Below are positions 19,915 through 29,151 of a stretch of DNA of 44,592 nucleotides, piece after piece. The notes under the pieces were generated by a model. It was not told the origin of the DNA. It saw nothing but the letters and a program-made list of their open reading frames with translations, and did not search any database. The position numbers were made by a program, and so were the translations under genes. This DNA comes from a virus (taxonomy: Duplodnaviria > Caudoviricetes), in IMG/VR virus record IMGVR_UViG_3300044477_000003, positions 1-44,592 of that record; one strand, written 5' to 3'. Positions within the stretch are counted from its first letter, which is position 1; each line of letters opens with the position of its first letter.

Positions 19915-20451
19915 ATGTCAGAAACAAAAGTTATCACAGGCAAAGTGCGGTTCTCATACGCACAGGTTTTCGAACCAAAAGCAATGAACGAAAGTTCAAC
20001 ACCAAAGTACAGTGTTTCACTTATCGTATCTAAAAAGGATAAGAAAACCCTGGACAAAATTAAGGACGCAATCGAGAGCGCTATTGAAGAAGGGAAGACC
20101 TCAAAATGGGGTGGAAAAGTTCCAAAGAACTTGAAGACTCCTCTTCGTGATGGGGACGAGGAAAGAGAGGATGATGAAGTATATGCAGGAGCCATGTTCG
20201 TGAATGCAAACTCTTCAAACAAACCCGGGCTCGTGGATGAAGACCTTAACCCTATCTTGGACAAATCCGAATTTTATTCAGGTTGTTACGGTAGGGCTTC
20301 TATCAACTTCTATGCTTATGATTCAAACGGAAGCAAAGGTATTGCTTGTGGTTTGAACAATATTCAGAAATTAGAAGATGGTGTTCGTCTTGCTGGGGGA
20401 GGGGCTTCAGCTGAAGAAGATTTCGGCAAAGAGGACGACGATTTGATGTAA
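19915..20451 (+). CDS. Single-stranded DNA-binding protein (DUF2815, T7 gp2.5-like)
   Basis: RFSYAQVFEP, PLRDGD, YSGCYGR, GLNNIQK, acidic C-tail. Confidence 0.88.
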   Translation: MSETKVITGKVRFSYAQVFEPKAMNESSTPKYSVSLIVSKKDKKTLDKIKDAIESAIEEGKTSKWGGKVPKNLKTPLRDGDEEREDDEVYAGAMFVNANSSNKPGLVDEDLNPILDKSEFYSGCYGRASINFYAYDSNGSKGIACGLNNIQKLEDGVRLAGGGASAEEDFGKEDDDLM

Positions 20452-20456
20452 GAATT

Positions 20457-20531
20457 AAATGTTTCGGATAGAAGGCAAACCAAGACTCATTATGCCTTAG
20501 AAGAGAGCAATATCCGAAACATTTTTTTTTT
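20457..20531 (+). terminator. Long stem with nested hairpin and T-run (terminator or structured RNA)
   Basis: 14-bp perfect stem AAATGTTTCGGATA/TATCCGAAACATTT enclosing AAGGCA/TGCCTT, then poly-T. Confidence 0.55.
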
Positions 20532-20533
20532 AT

Positions 20534-20656
20534 GGGGTGTTGATGTAATTGGCGCATAGACTGGAATGAAACAACCAAGCTGCTGGTCATGAACGGTGTA
20601 GAGCATGTTAGTAATTCAAATTAAGGTCTGAGGGGGTTCGATTCCCTTACGCTCCA
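20534..20656 (+). ncRNA. tRNA-like RNA with G3-U70 acceptor stem and ~60-nt insert replacing the anticodon loop
   Basis: Acceptor GGGGTGT/ACGCTCC + A; D arm ATGT-AATTGGC-GCAT; AGACT/GGTCT stem; T arm GGGGG-TTCGATT-CCCTT. Confidence 0.6.
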
Positions 20657-20757
20657 CAGTTGCTTAGCAACTATCTGACTTACCCTACAGAACGAACACT
20701 GAGAGGCTGCAAGATGGGTGACACCGAGGAAAGACTCGGATTCATATAAAAAATATT

Positions 20758-22710
20758 ATGGCAAGAGAACTTCATATAGATATTGAGACATTTAGTTCCG
20801 TTGATATTAAAACCTCCGGAGCTTATAAGTACACCCAATCACTTGACTTTGAGATTCTTCTTATAGCCTATGCCTTTGACGATGAACCAATCAAGATAAT
20901 AGATTTGGCTCAGGGTGAACAAATCCCTCAGGAATTAATTGACGGGTTGCTTGACACTGAAGTTCATAAGTGGGCTCACAATGCTACATTCGAACGTAAC
21001 TCTTTTCGTCAATATGGGTATGACATCCCAATTGACCAGTGGTATTGTTCAGCGGTCAAAGCGGCTTACTGTGGTTTGCCTCTTTCCCTGGACTTAGTCT
21101 CTAAGGCTTTGAAGCTTGAGGAGAAAGGGAAACTGTCAACAGGTAAGGCATTAATTAGATACTTTTGCATTCCTTGCAAACCCACGAAAGCAAACGGGAT
21201 GAGGATGAGAAACTTTCCACAGGATGACCTGGAAAAATGGGAAGACTTCAAACTCTACTGTATAAACGACGTTGAGGCTGAGAGGGAAATCGGAAAAAGA
21301 CTTGAACAATATGAAATGCCAGACTTTGAAAGAATCAACTATATAGTGGACCAGGAAATCAATGACGCAGGGGTTTTGGTTGACCTTGGTATGGTTCAGA
21401 ATGCAGTTGATATTGACAATAAGTTCAGTGATGAAACCACTGAAAGAATGAAAATATTAACCGGGGTAGAAAATCCAAACAGCCCGTCACAGTTAAAGGA
21501 ATGGTTGAGTAGTGCCTTAGGAAAAACTGTAAGCACCTTGGCAAAAGACTCTGTCCTCGAACTCCTTAGCGAATCTGATGACGAGGCTGTTTCGGATGTT
21601 CTTGATGGGCGTTTAAAAATGTCAAAGTCTTCCACAAAGAAATATGTATCAATGCTCAATTGTACATGTGGAGATGGAAGGGCTCACGGTCTTTTCCAGT
21701 TCTATGGGGCAAACAGAACAGGACGTTGGGCCGGGCGTTTAATCCAATTGCAGAACCTGCCTCAAAACCACATGAAGGATTTGGACCTTGCAAGAGAAGT
21801 AATTGCCTCAGGTGATTATGACCTTGCAATGATGCTTTACGACAACATTCCAAACATCCTATCGGAACTCATTCGAACTGCTCTTATTGCTCCTGAGGGT
21901 TACACCTTTGCAGTATCTGACTTTAGCGCAATCGAGGCGAGGGTTCTTTCCTGGGTTGCTCAGGAAGAATGGAGGCTTGAGGTATTCAGGACCCACGGAA
22001 AAATATATGAGGCTTCAGCGGCTATGATGTTTGGGGTGCCAATCGAATCAGTGACTAAGGGTTCTGAGTTAAGGCAAAGAGGTAAGACTGCCGAACTTGC
22101 TCTTGGCTACCAGGGTTCGGAAGGAGCTATGGAAAAAATGGACAGAGAGGGAAAAATCCCACCCAATGAGAGAAAGGTAGTTGTAAATAAGTGGCGTAAG
22201 GCAAACCCAAAAATAGTAAAACTTTGGGCAGATGTTGAGTCAAGCGCTATTCATACAATCGAGACTCGGAAGTCAACAACCCTTGGTTTTTTAAAATTCC
22301 ATTACGATGGTCATATCTTCAGAATTGAACTACCCTCAGGTCGAAGTCTTTTCTACATTCAACCCAAAATGGGGGTAAACAGATGGGGCATGAAAAGTAT
22401 AGTCTTTAAGGGTATGGACCAGGTTATAAAGCAATGGACATCGATTGAAACCTACGGGGGTAAACTGGTTGAGAATATTGTTCAGGCAATCTCAAGAGAC
22501 TTACTTGCTTATTCAATGCAGGCTCTGAGAGAAGAAGGGTTCAAGATGGTGATGCACGTTCATGACGAAGTCATTTGCGAAGTAAAGGAAGAAATTCAAA
22601 AGGAACAATTAGAACTCATGGAAACCATTATGGGCTATGAGGTTCCCTGGGCTCCGGGACTTCCTCTGGTTGCTGATGGTTATACTACTAAATTCTATAA
22701 AAAAGATTAA
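20758..22710 (+). CDS. DNA polymerase family A with 3'-5' exonuclease
   Basis: DIET, HNATFE, RTGRWAG, DFSAIEARV (motif A), RQRGKTAELALGY (B), HVHDE (C). Confidence 0.95.
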   Translation: MARELHIDIETFSSVDIKTSGAYKYTQSLDFEILLIAYAFDDEPIKIIDLAQGEQIPQELIDGLLDTEVHKWAHNATFERNSFRQYGYDIPIDQWYCSAVKAAYCGLPLSLDLVSKALKLEEKGKLSTGKALIRYFCIPCKPTKANGMRMRNFPQDDLEKWEDFKLYCINDVEAEREIGKRLEQYEMPDFERINYIVDQEINDAGVLVDLGMVQNAVDIDNKFSDETTERMKILTGVENPNSPSQLKEWLSSALGKTVSTLAKDSVLELLSESDDEAVSDVLDGRLKMSKSSTKKYVSMLNCTCGDGRAHGLFQFYGANRTGRWAGRLIQLQNLPQNHMKDLDLAREVIASGDYDLAMMLYDNIPNILSELIRTALIAPEGYTFAVSDFSAIEARVLSWVAQEEWRLEVFRTHGKIYEASAAMMFGVPIESVTKGSELRQRGKTAELALGYQGSEGAMEKMDREGKIPPNERKVVVNKWRKANPKIVKLWADVESSAIHTIETRKSTTLGFLKFHYDGHIFRIELPSGRSLFYIQPKMGVNRWGMKSIVFKGMDQVIKQWTSIETYGGKLVENIVQAISRDLLAYSMQALREEGFKMVMHVHDEVICEVKEEIQKEQLELMETIMGYEVPWAPGLPLVADGYTTKFYKKD

Positions 22711-22715
22711 GACTT

Positions 22716-25118
22716 ATGATAAAATTCGATGGTGATTTAAGCCTGGCCGTTGGCATGTCGGCAAAATCTAAAATCTGGAAAAATAAAAAATTCAAATGGT
22801 CCGACTTAGTTACTCGATTAAAAGAAGAAAATAAGACTAACGAAACCCTGAAGGAATTCATATCAGCCACAAAGGAGGAACAACTTAAAATCAAAGACGT
22901 TGGGGGTTACGTCGGAGGATATCTTCGGAATGGGAGACGTAAGCCTGAGAACGTAGTTCATAGACAGTTAATGACTTTAGACATTGACTTTGCCCACAAA
23001 GATTTCTGGGAAGATTTCACCCTTCAATTTAACAATGCCGCTATCCTGCATGGGACTCACAAACACTGTGAGACTTCTCCCCGGTATCGACTCATAGTTC
23101 CCTTGTCAAGGGAATGTACACCAGACGAATATGTAGCAACTGCTCGACAGGTTGCAGGTCTTATGGGTATCGAATTGTTTGACAAGACTACATTCGAGAC
23201 CAACAGACTTATGTTTTGGCCGTCCTCCCCAAAAGATGTTGACTACTATTTTCAATTTCAAGATGGTCCATGGGTTGATGTTGATGAAGTCCTTGCCAGT
23301 TACGCAGATTGGAGAGACTCAAGTCTTTGGCCTACTGCCGATAGAGAACTACAGGAAGTAAAAGACTCAGCAAAGAAACAGGAAGACCCTGAGAATAAGA
23401 AAGGGATTGTGGGGGCTTTCTGCCGAACATATTCAATCACTGAGGCAATAAGTAAATTCCTTGACGACGTATATATCTCAACAGACATCGAGGACAGATA
23501 CACTTATTCAAAAGGAACAACGTCCGCAGGGTTAATCATATACGATGATAAGTTTGCTTATTCGCATCATGGAACTGACCCTTGCGGAGGTAAACTCTGC
23601 AATGCTTTCGACTTAGTTCGTATACACAAATTTAATCATCTGGATAACGATGACCACTTCCAAGGTCAAAAGCCCAAGAGCTTTGCAGCCATGGAAGAAC
23701 TAGCCAGGGAAGACAAAGCGGTCAAAAAGATAATAGCTACGGAAAACATTCAAGAATCCAAATATGACTTCTCTGAAGACCTGGAAGAAAACGAAGCCGT
23801 TGAGGATGAAGATATTGAATGGATGCAGGAACTGGAAGTTGACTCAAAAGGAAATTATCTGTCAACCTCTGTCAACCTCAACCTTATATTCTCCCATGAC
23901 CATAGACTCAAGAAATTATTCAGGCAAAACGACTTCGATGGAAAGAGGTATGTATTTGGAAATTTACCATGGCGCAAGGTCCTGAAACCTGAACCGGTTA
24001 AGAACGTGGATTACTCAGGGGTAAGAAATTATATTGAAAGTATTTACGGTATTTCTGGAGCCATGAAAGTGGAAGACTCAATGGCTTTGGAATTTGAAAA
24101 GAACCACTTTCACCCTATCATTGACTATTTGAAAGTACTTGAATGGGACAAGATTCAAAGGATTGATTCAGTGTTGCACAAATACTTCGGAGCTGAAGAC
24201 AGCATCTATACGAGCGAGGCCTTCAGAAAGATGATGGTAGGAGCAGTGGCAAGGGTTATGGACCCGGGGGTGAAATTCGATTTGGTCCTCACTCTGGTAA
24301 GTCAAACCCAAGGAACTGGAAAAAGTTCTTTCTTAAAAGCTATTGGCAAATCCTGGTTCTCTGATACCTTTCTAACAGTTCAAGGGAAAGAGGCCTTTGA
24401 ACAACTGCAAGGGGCTTGGCTTATTGAAATGGCTGAACTTTCGGGGTTAAAGAAAGGGGACATTGAGACAATCAAACATTTCATTTCTAAACAAGAAGAT
24501 TGCTTTCGCCCTGCCTATGCTCGAACTTCTGAGACATATCCAAGGCAATGTGTTTTCATTGCCACTACAAATGAAAGCACCTTCCTCAGAGACCCATCAG
24601 GAAATAGACGTTTTATGCCGGTGGATATTCACAACGTGAAACTTACTGAGAACCCAAAGCTTATGGCGCTTTTGAAGGACCCAAATACTATTGACCAACT
24701 TTGGGCCGAGGCTATGTTCTTATATCGCAAAGGAGAAAAACTCTATTTGAGTTCTGATGCTGAAAAGATTGCCACGGTTGAACAGAAGAAGCACAGTGAG
24801 ACAGATGAACGCCGGGGGTTGATTGAAGCTTATTTGAATAGGCTTCTCCCTGAGAATTGGGACACCTTGGACCTATACGAACGCAGGGCTTATCTGGAAG
24901 ACCCTCTCAGCGAAAAAGGTAAAAGTGAAAGAGTATTCACTTGCATAGCAGAAGTCTGGTGTGAATGCCTCGGGAAGAACAAAGAGGACATGGACAGATA
25001 TAAGACCAGAGAAATCAATGACATTCTCAGGGGCTTAGATGAATGGGAACATATCAACTCAACTCGAAACTTTAAGATATATGGCAAACAGAAGTATTAC
25101 GCTAGAAAGCTCGATTAA
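22716..25118 (+). CDS. Primase-helicase (primase-polymerase N-terminus plus VirE/VapE-like ATPase)
   Basis: TLDID, THKH...PRYRL, YSHHGTDP; Walker A QGTGKSS, EMAEL, GNRRF. Confidence 0.88.
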   Translation: MIKFDGDLSLAVGMSAKSKIWKNKKFKWSDLVTRLKEENKTNETLKEFISATKEEQLKIKDVGGYVGGYLRNGRRKPENVVHRQLMTLDIDFAHKDFWEDFTLQFNNAAILHGTHKHCETSPRYRLIVPLSRECTPDEYVATARQVAGLMGIELFDKTTFETNRLMFWPSSPKDVDYYFQFQDGPWVDVDEVLASYADWRDSSLWPTADRELQEVKDSAKKQEDPENKKGIVGAFCRTYSITEAISKFLDDVYISTDIEDRYTYSKGTTSAGLIIYDDKFAYSHHGTDPCGGKLCNAFDLVRIHKFNHLDNDDHFQGQKPKSFAAMEELAREDKAVKKIIATENIQESKYDFSEDLEENEAVEDEDIEWMQELEVDSKGNYLSTSVNLNLIFSHDHRLKKLFRQNDFDGKRYVFGNLPWRKVLKPEPVKNVDYSGVRNYIESIYGISGAMKVEDSMALEFEKNHFHPIIDYLKVLEWDKIQRIDSVLHKYFGAEDSIYTSEAFRKMMVGAVARVMDPGVKFDLVLTLVSQTQGTGKSSFLKAIGKSWFSDTFLTVQGKEAFEQLQGAWLIEMAELSGLKKGDIETIKHFISKQEDCFRPAYARTSETYPRQCVFIATTNESTFLRDPSGNRRFMPVDIHNVKLTENPKLMALLKDPNTIDQLWAEAMFLYRKGEKLYLSSDAEKIATVEQKKHSETDERRGLIEAYLNRLLPENWDTLDLYERRAYLEDPLSEKGKSERVFTCIAEVWCECLGKNKEDMDRYKTREINDILRGLDEWEHINSTRNFKIYGKQKYYARKLD

Positions 25119-25138
25119 CTTTGAAACCAGGGAAGAGT

Positions 25139-25429
25139 ATGAAAAATATAGAAAGCGAGAAAACATTAGAGCGTTTGTTGAAGAGTATCGTAGAGTCAAA
25201 GTTGAAAGGCCTATGTCTGAAGTTACTGTCGGCACATATAACAGGATTGCCCGACAGGCTTCTCCTCCTTCCTGGTGGGAGAGTCTTGTTTGTGGAGATA
25301 AAAACTACGGGGAAGAAATCTCGGAAGATTCAAATTTTCATCCATAACAAACTTAGGGATTTGGGTTTCAGGGTAGAGGTGATTGATTCCTCAGAACAAA
25401 TAAAGAAATTGGTTCAAGATTATGAATGA
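25139..25429 (+). CDS. VRR-NUC domain nuclease
   Basis: GLPDRL, FVEIK, Q motif; ATG 25139 chosen over TTG 25121. Confidence 0.85.
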   Translation: MKNIESEKTLERLLKSIVESKLKGLCLKLLSAHITGLPDRLLLLPGGRVLFVEIKTTGKKSRKIQIFIHNKLRDLGFRVEVIDSSEQIKKLVQDYE

Positions 25430-26813
25430 AAAAGACTTACACGAATATCAGCAAACGGCTGTTGACCATATCATAGAGAATACTCACGGGGCTTTGTTTC
25501 TAGAGATGGGATTGGGTAAAACAGTCTCTACCTTGACAGCAGTCAACAGGCTGATGTTTGAAGAACTGGACATTGCCAATGCTTTAGTGGTTGCTCCCAA
25601 AAGGGTGGCCGAGAGTGTATGGGTAGACGAAGTAGAAAAATGGGAGCACCTTAGTCATTTGAAAGTTTCAAAGATAATAGGGAACGATAAACAAAGACGC
25701 AAGGCCTTATCTGAGAAAGCAGACATCTATACAATAGGCCGGGACAACATTGCATGGCTGTGTGGTCAATATGGGGGTTCGATGCTTCCATTTGATATGC
25801 TGATAATAGATGAGTTAAGTAGTTTCAAGAACCCAAAGTCTGTAAGGTTCAAGGCTCTCAGGGGTGTACAACCTTCATTCAAAAGAGTAGTTGGATTGAC
25901 AGGAACCCCTGCCCCTAATGGATTGATTGACTTATGGAGTCAAATCTATTTACTTGACAGGGGCAAAAGACTTGGAAAATTCATCAGCCACTACAGAGAG
26001 GACTATTTCAAACCCGGAAAAAGGAATGGGGCAATCGTTTACTCTTATGACTTGGTCACTGATGGTGAACAAAAGATTCATGAGAAAATCGGTGACATCT
26101 GCATGAGTATGAAGGCTAAAGACTATTTGGATTTACCGGGTCGAATAGACAACATCATCAACATTAAATTCCCTCCAGACATCCAAGCCCAATATGACGC
26201 ATTTGAAAAGGAACAAGTCCTTTCACTATTCCCTGACGTAGAAGAGGGAAAAGAAATTTCTGCAGTGAACGCGGCGGCACTATCCAATAAGCTCCTCCAG
26301 TTTTCCAATGGGGCTGTGTATGACGAGAATAAAAAGTATCATATAATCCACGACCTCAAGATTGATGCAGCAAAGGAAATCATTGAGGATGCTAATGGCA
26401 AACCGGTATTGATAGCCTGGACCTACAGGCATGACATGGAACGTCTGATGGTTGCTCTGAAAGGTTACAAACCCCGGGAACTTAAAACAGACCAAGACAT
26501 CAAAGATTGGAATGCCGGAAAAATCCAGGTGATGCTTATGCACCCAGCTTCTGGAGGTCATGGGTTGAACCTTCAAGCAGGTGGCCACATCATTATTTGG
26601 TTCGGTCAAACCTGGTCCTTGGAACTTGAACAACAGTTCAATGCTCGTCTGGATAGACAGGGACAAAAAGAAGTAGTAATTATTAACAAACTGGTTGCTT
26701 GCAAAACTATTGACCAAGATGTGATAAAAGCTCAGGAAAGAAAGAGCGCTAAACAGGATGGTCTTATGGAGGCAGTCAAAGCTAAAATAAAGAAGTATGT
26801 CGGAAAAGTTTGA
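25422..26813 (+). CDS. SNF2-family helicase
   Basis: MGLGKT, DELS, LTGTP, GHGLNLQ, QFNARLDRQGQ. Confidence 0.92.
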   Translation: MNEKDLHEYQQTAVDHIIENTHGALFLEMGLGKTVSTLTAVNRLMFEELDIANALVVAPKRVAESVWVDEVEKWEHLSHLKVSKIIGNDKQRRKALSEKADIYTIGRDNIAWLCGQYGGSMLPFDMLIIDELSSFKNPKSVRFKALRGVQPSFKRVVGLTGTPAPNGLIDLWSQIYLLDRGKRLGKFISHYREDYFKPGKRNGAIVYSYDLVTDGEQKIHEKIGDICMSMKAKDYLDLPGRIDNIINIKFPPDIQAQYDAFEKEQVLSLFPDVEEGKEISAVNAAALSNKLLQFSNGAVYDENKKYHIIHDLKIDAAKEIIEDANGKPVLIAWTYRHDMERLMVALKGYKPRELKTDQDIKDWNAGKIQVMLMHPASGGHGLNLQAGGHIIIWFGQTWSLELEQQFNARLDRQGQKEVVIINKLVACKTIDQDVIKAQERKSAKQDGLMEAVKAKIKKYVGKV

Positions 26814-27690
26814 CAAACAGTATTTGCGTATTGCTCAGGTCTGGTCTGAGAATTCTTACGCTAAGAGATTAAAGGTCGGGGCAATCATAGTCAAAGACCA
26901 GATGATAATTTCTGATGGGTATAATGGTTCACCGAAAGGGTTCAAAAATGAATGCGAGTATATTGAATACCAGAGAAAAGTCCATCCTTACTTCGATATA
27001 TTCGGGATTGAATCCGATACAGAAGGGAGTATATTTAAAAATGGGAAACCGATTTCTAAATGGATTCATACTTCTGGAAAGTACCAATGCTGTAAAATTG
27101 GGGGTATTCAAAGAAGAGTATCTAATGTTGTAATCAGTACATTTGTTGAAAATCCGGACCCCGATTTCTATACGCAAGTAAATCACATAAACTATGATGT
27201 GGAGGACAATAGACTTATAAATTTGGAATGGTGTTCTAATAGATATAATTCTATTCATAGAAGTCAAAGAATAGACAAGTCTTGCGAACATCCTGGAGTT
27301 CATTTTGACCCGGATAGAAATAAATGGGTTGCTGCTGTTTGGACCCCGGAAAAATACATACATAAGAGATTCGATAATCCAAACGAAGCGGCCGAGTTTT
27401 ATATGAGTTCAGTTGACCCAAGGACTTTTCAAACGGTTAAATATACAGATATAAAGACTCACCCTTATGTTCTCCATGCTGAGGCCAACGCCATTACTAA
27501 AGTGGCTCAGTCAACTAACAGTAGTAAGGATGCAACCCTTTACACCTTGGTCTCTCCTTGCATGGAGTGTTCAAAGTTAATCATTCAAGCAGGAATAAAA
27601 AGGGTTGTGTATGCTGAAGAGTATCGAATCACTGAAGGCCTGGACCTTCTAAGACAAGCAGGAATAATAGTTGACCAAATAAATTTATAA
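26797..27690 (+). CDS. dCMP deaminase with in-frame HNH-AP2-like insertion
   Basis: VGAIIV..GYNG, HAEANA, SPCMEC; ~160-aa insert containing VNHIN..DNRLINLEWC..N and GVHFD..KWVA. Confidence 0.85.
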   Translation: MSEKFDKQYLRIAQVWSENSYAKRLKVGAIIVKDQMIISDGYNGSPKGFKNECEYIEYQRKVHPYFDIFGIESDTEGSIFKNGKPISKWIHTSGKYQCCKIGGIQRRVSNVVISTFVENPDPDFYTQVNHINYDVEDNRLINLEWCSNRYNSIHRSQRIDKSCEHPGVHFDPDRNKWVAAVWTPEKYIHKRFDNPNEAAEFYMSSVDPRTFQTVKYTDIKTHPYVLHAEANAITKVAQSTNSSKDATLYTLVSPCMECSKLIIQAGIKRVVYAEEYRITEGLDLLRQAGIIVDQINL

Positions 27691-27693
27691 GGA

Positions 27694-27867
27694 ATGGAGG
27701 AAGTTTATTTTGAACAGTTGAAAGTCTTGATTGAAGGGAAGACAGACGTAGAGTTTATAACAGGAGTGAAACAACCAATGAAAGTGAGAATTGAAGATAG
27801 GACCTATAAAGTAATAGGTATAACTAAGACAAAATTGTTGGAATATTTTATGAGTCCAACGGGTTGA
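27694..27867 (+). CDS. Small hypothetical protein (57 aa)
   Basis: Manual translation MEEVYFEQLKVLIEGK...; fills the gap in the operon. Confidence 0.5.
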   Translation: MEEVYFEQLKVLIEGKTDVEFITGVKQPMKVRIEDRTYKVIGITKTKLLEYFMSPTG

Positions 27868-27901
27868 TTTACTGCATAGTAGTACTTTTAACGAAATTAT
27901 T

Positions 27902-27954
27902 TTTCAATTTTTACTGAAAATATTTTTTTATCTGAAGAACTATTCTTATATTTG
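27902..27954 (+). promoter_or_regulatory. Repeated phage promoter, copy 3
   Basis: 53-nt consensus ending TATATTTG. Confidence 0.75.
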
Positions 27955-28000
27955 CATCGTAATCAATTACAATAATGTCTCACTTTAAAAAGAGTAAAAA

Positions 28001-28858
28001 ATGAAAGCTCAATTATTTGAATCAAAATCGGAAAAAGAAATTCGCTTAGCGAATGGTGTTCAATTCTTCTCTGAAGAAGCAGAAGAAAAAGAGGCTTTTA
28101 TAGCCCGTGTAACTGAAGTCATTGAACGTGACTATGTTGACACCCTGGAATTAACAGAGGTTAATGCTGAGACCTTCAAAAAGAAGAATACAAAGCAACT
28201 TCAAAAATCTCGTTCTAATGCCATCGGGGTAGAACTTAGAATCATTCAGGAAATCCTGGTTGAACGCGGTGCACTGGAAGAACATTCTTCTGAGGGTGGT
28301 ACTATCTATAATGGTACAATCACCGACGAGGATATACCGGAAGAGGGCTCAGAAGAACAGAAAAAGGGATTGGCCAAGGGTACTAAACCAGAAGGTAAAA
28401 AGGAAAAAGAACCTAAAGCGCCTAAGGAACCTAAAGCCCCAAAAGCTGAGAAAGAACCTAAAGCCCCAAAGGAACCTAAGGACTTAAAGAAACAACTTTC
28501 AGACGACGAAGTTCTTGCTGCTCTTGATGCTGCTGAAAAGAACAAAGGCCACATGGTTACTTTCCATTGTACCAAAACCAAGGCAGAAGCCAATGGAATT
28601 ATCAAAGGAGTTCGCTTGGATAAACGCAACAACTTCATTCAGTATCGAATCCTTGCTGAAGATGGTAACATGTACGGAAAAGGTATCGACGCCTCTGACT
28701 TAGTAGTTGGAGAACTTGCTCCAGTGGTTGAAAAAGAACCTAAGGTCAAAAAGGAAAAAGCACCAAAAGTTGAAGAAACTCCTGCTGATGAAACTGCTGA
28801 TGCTACAGCTCCTGAAGAAGATTTCTCTGGTGAACAAACTGAAAAAACCGAAGAATAA
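28001..28858 (+). CDS. Highly charged protein with KEPKAP repeats, paralogue of 37884-38255
   Basis: Shared CTKTK..GIIKGVRLDKR.NFIQYRI..GKGI domain. Confidence 0.8.
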   Translation: MKAQLFESKSEKEIRLANGVQFFSEEAEEKEAFIARVTEVIERDYVDTLELTEVNAETFKKKNTKQLQKSRSNAIGVELRIIQEILVERGALEEHSSEGGTIYNGTITDEDIPEEGSEEQKKGLAKGTKPEGKKEKEPKAPKEPKAPKAEKEPKAPKEPKDLKKQLSDDEVLAALDAAEKNKGHMVTFHCTKTKAEANGIIKGVRLDKRNNFIQYRILAEDGNMYGKGIDASDLVVGELAPVVEKEPKVKKEKAPKVEETPADETADATAPEEDFSGEQTEKTEE

Positions 28859-28860
28859 GT

Positions 28861-29151
28861 ATGAACATTCTGGAAAAGGCAAACCAGATTATCAATGAAA
28901 GGTCCGAGGAAAAAGAAAGAGAATACGGACCTTTCATTGATTGTAACGAACGGGCGGCTAAAATAGCGTCCGTTCTTTGCAATAAAGAGGTCACAACCCT
29001 GGACATATATCACTTTCAGATTGCCCTGAAGTTAGCCAGGGAGGCCTACGCTCACAAAGAAGATAACTTGCTTGATGCAGTGGCTTATATGGGTGCACTG
29101 AATAACTACCACAATGGTGTGGAACCAACTTCTAAAAAAGAAGAGCAATGA
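28861..29151 (+). CDS. DUF6378-like small helical protein (nucleotide-modification associated)
   Basis: ILEKA..IIN.R....YG, LKLARE, DNLLDAVAY. Confidence 0.65.
   Translation: MNILEKANQIINERSEEKEREYGPFIDCNERAAKIASVLCNKEVTTLDIYHFQIALKLAREAYAHKEDNLLDAVAYMGALNNYHNGVEPTSKKEEQ

Noticed and set aside
20534-20656. Canonical tRNA or full tmRNA
   Set aside because: No 7-nt anticodon loop; too short for tmRNA and no recognisable tag frame; insert too short for a group I intron
20698-20742. Hammerhead ribozyme or TPP riboswitch (CTGAGAG...GAAA)
   Set aside because: Core is CUGAGAG rather than CUGAnGA, and the remaining TPP elements are absent
26959-27450. Intein or group I intron in dCMP deaminase
   Set aside because: No intein block A or terminal His-Asn; no non-coding sequence for an intron core
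28390-28482. GAACCTAAAGC-type tandem DNA repeats
   Set aside because: Explained by the KEPKAP peptide repeats, with synonymous variation
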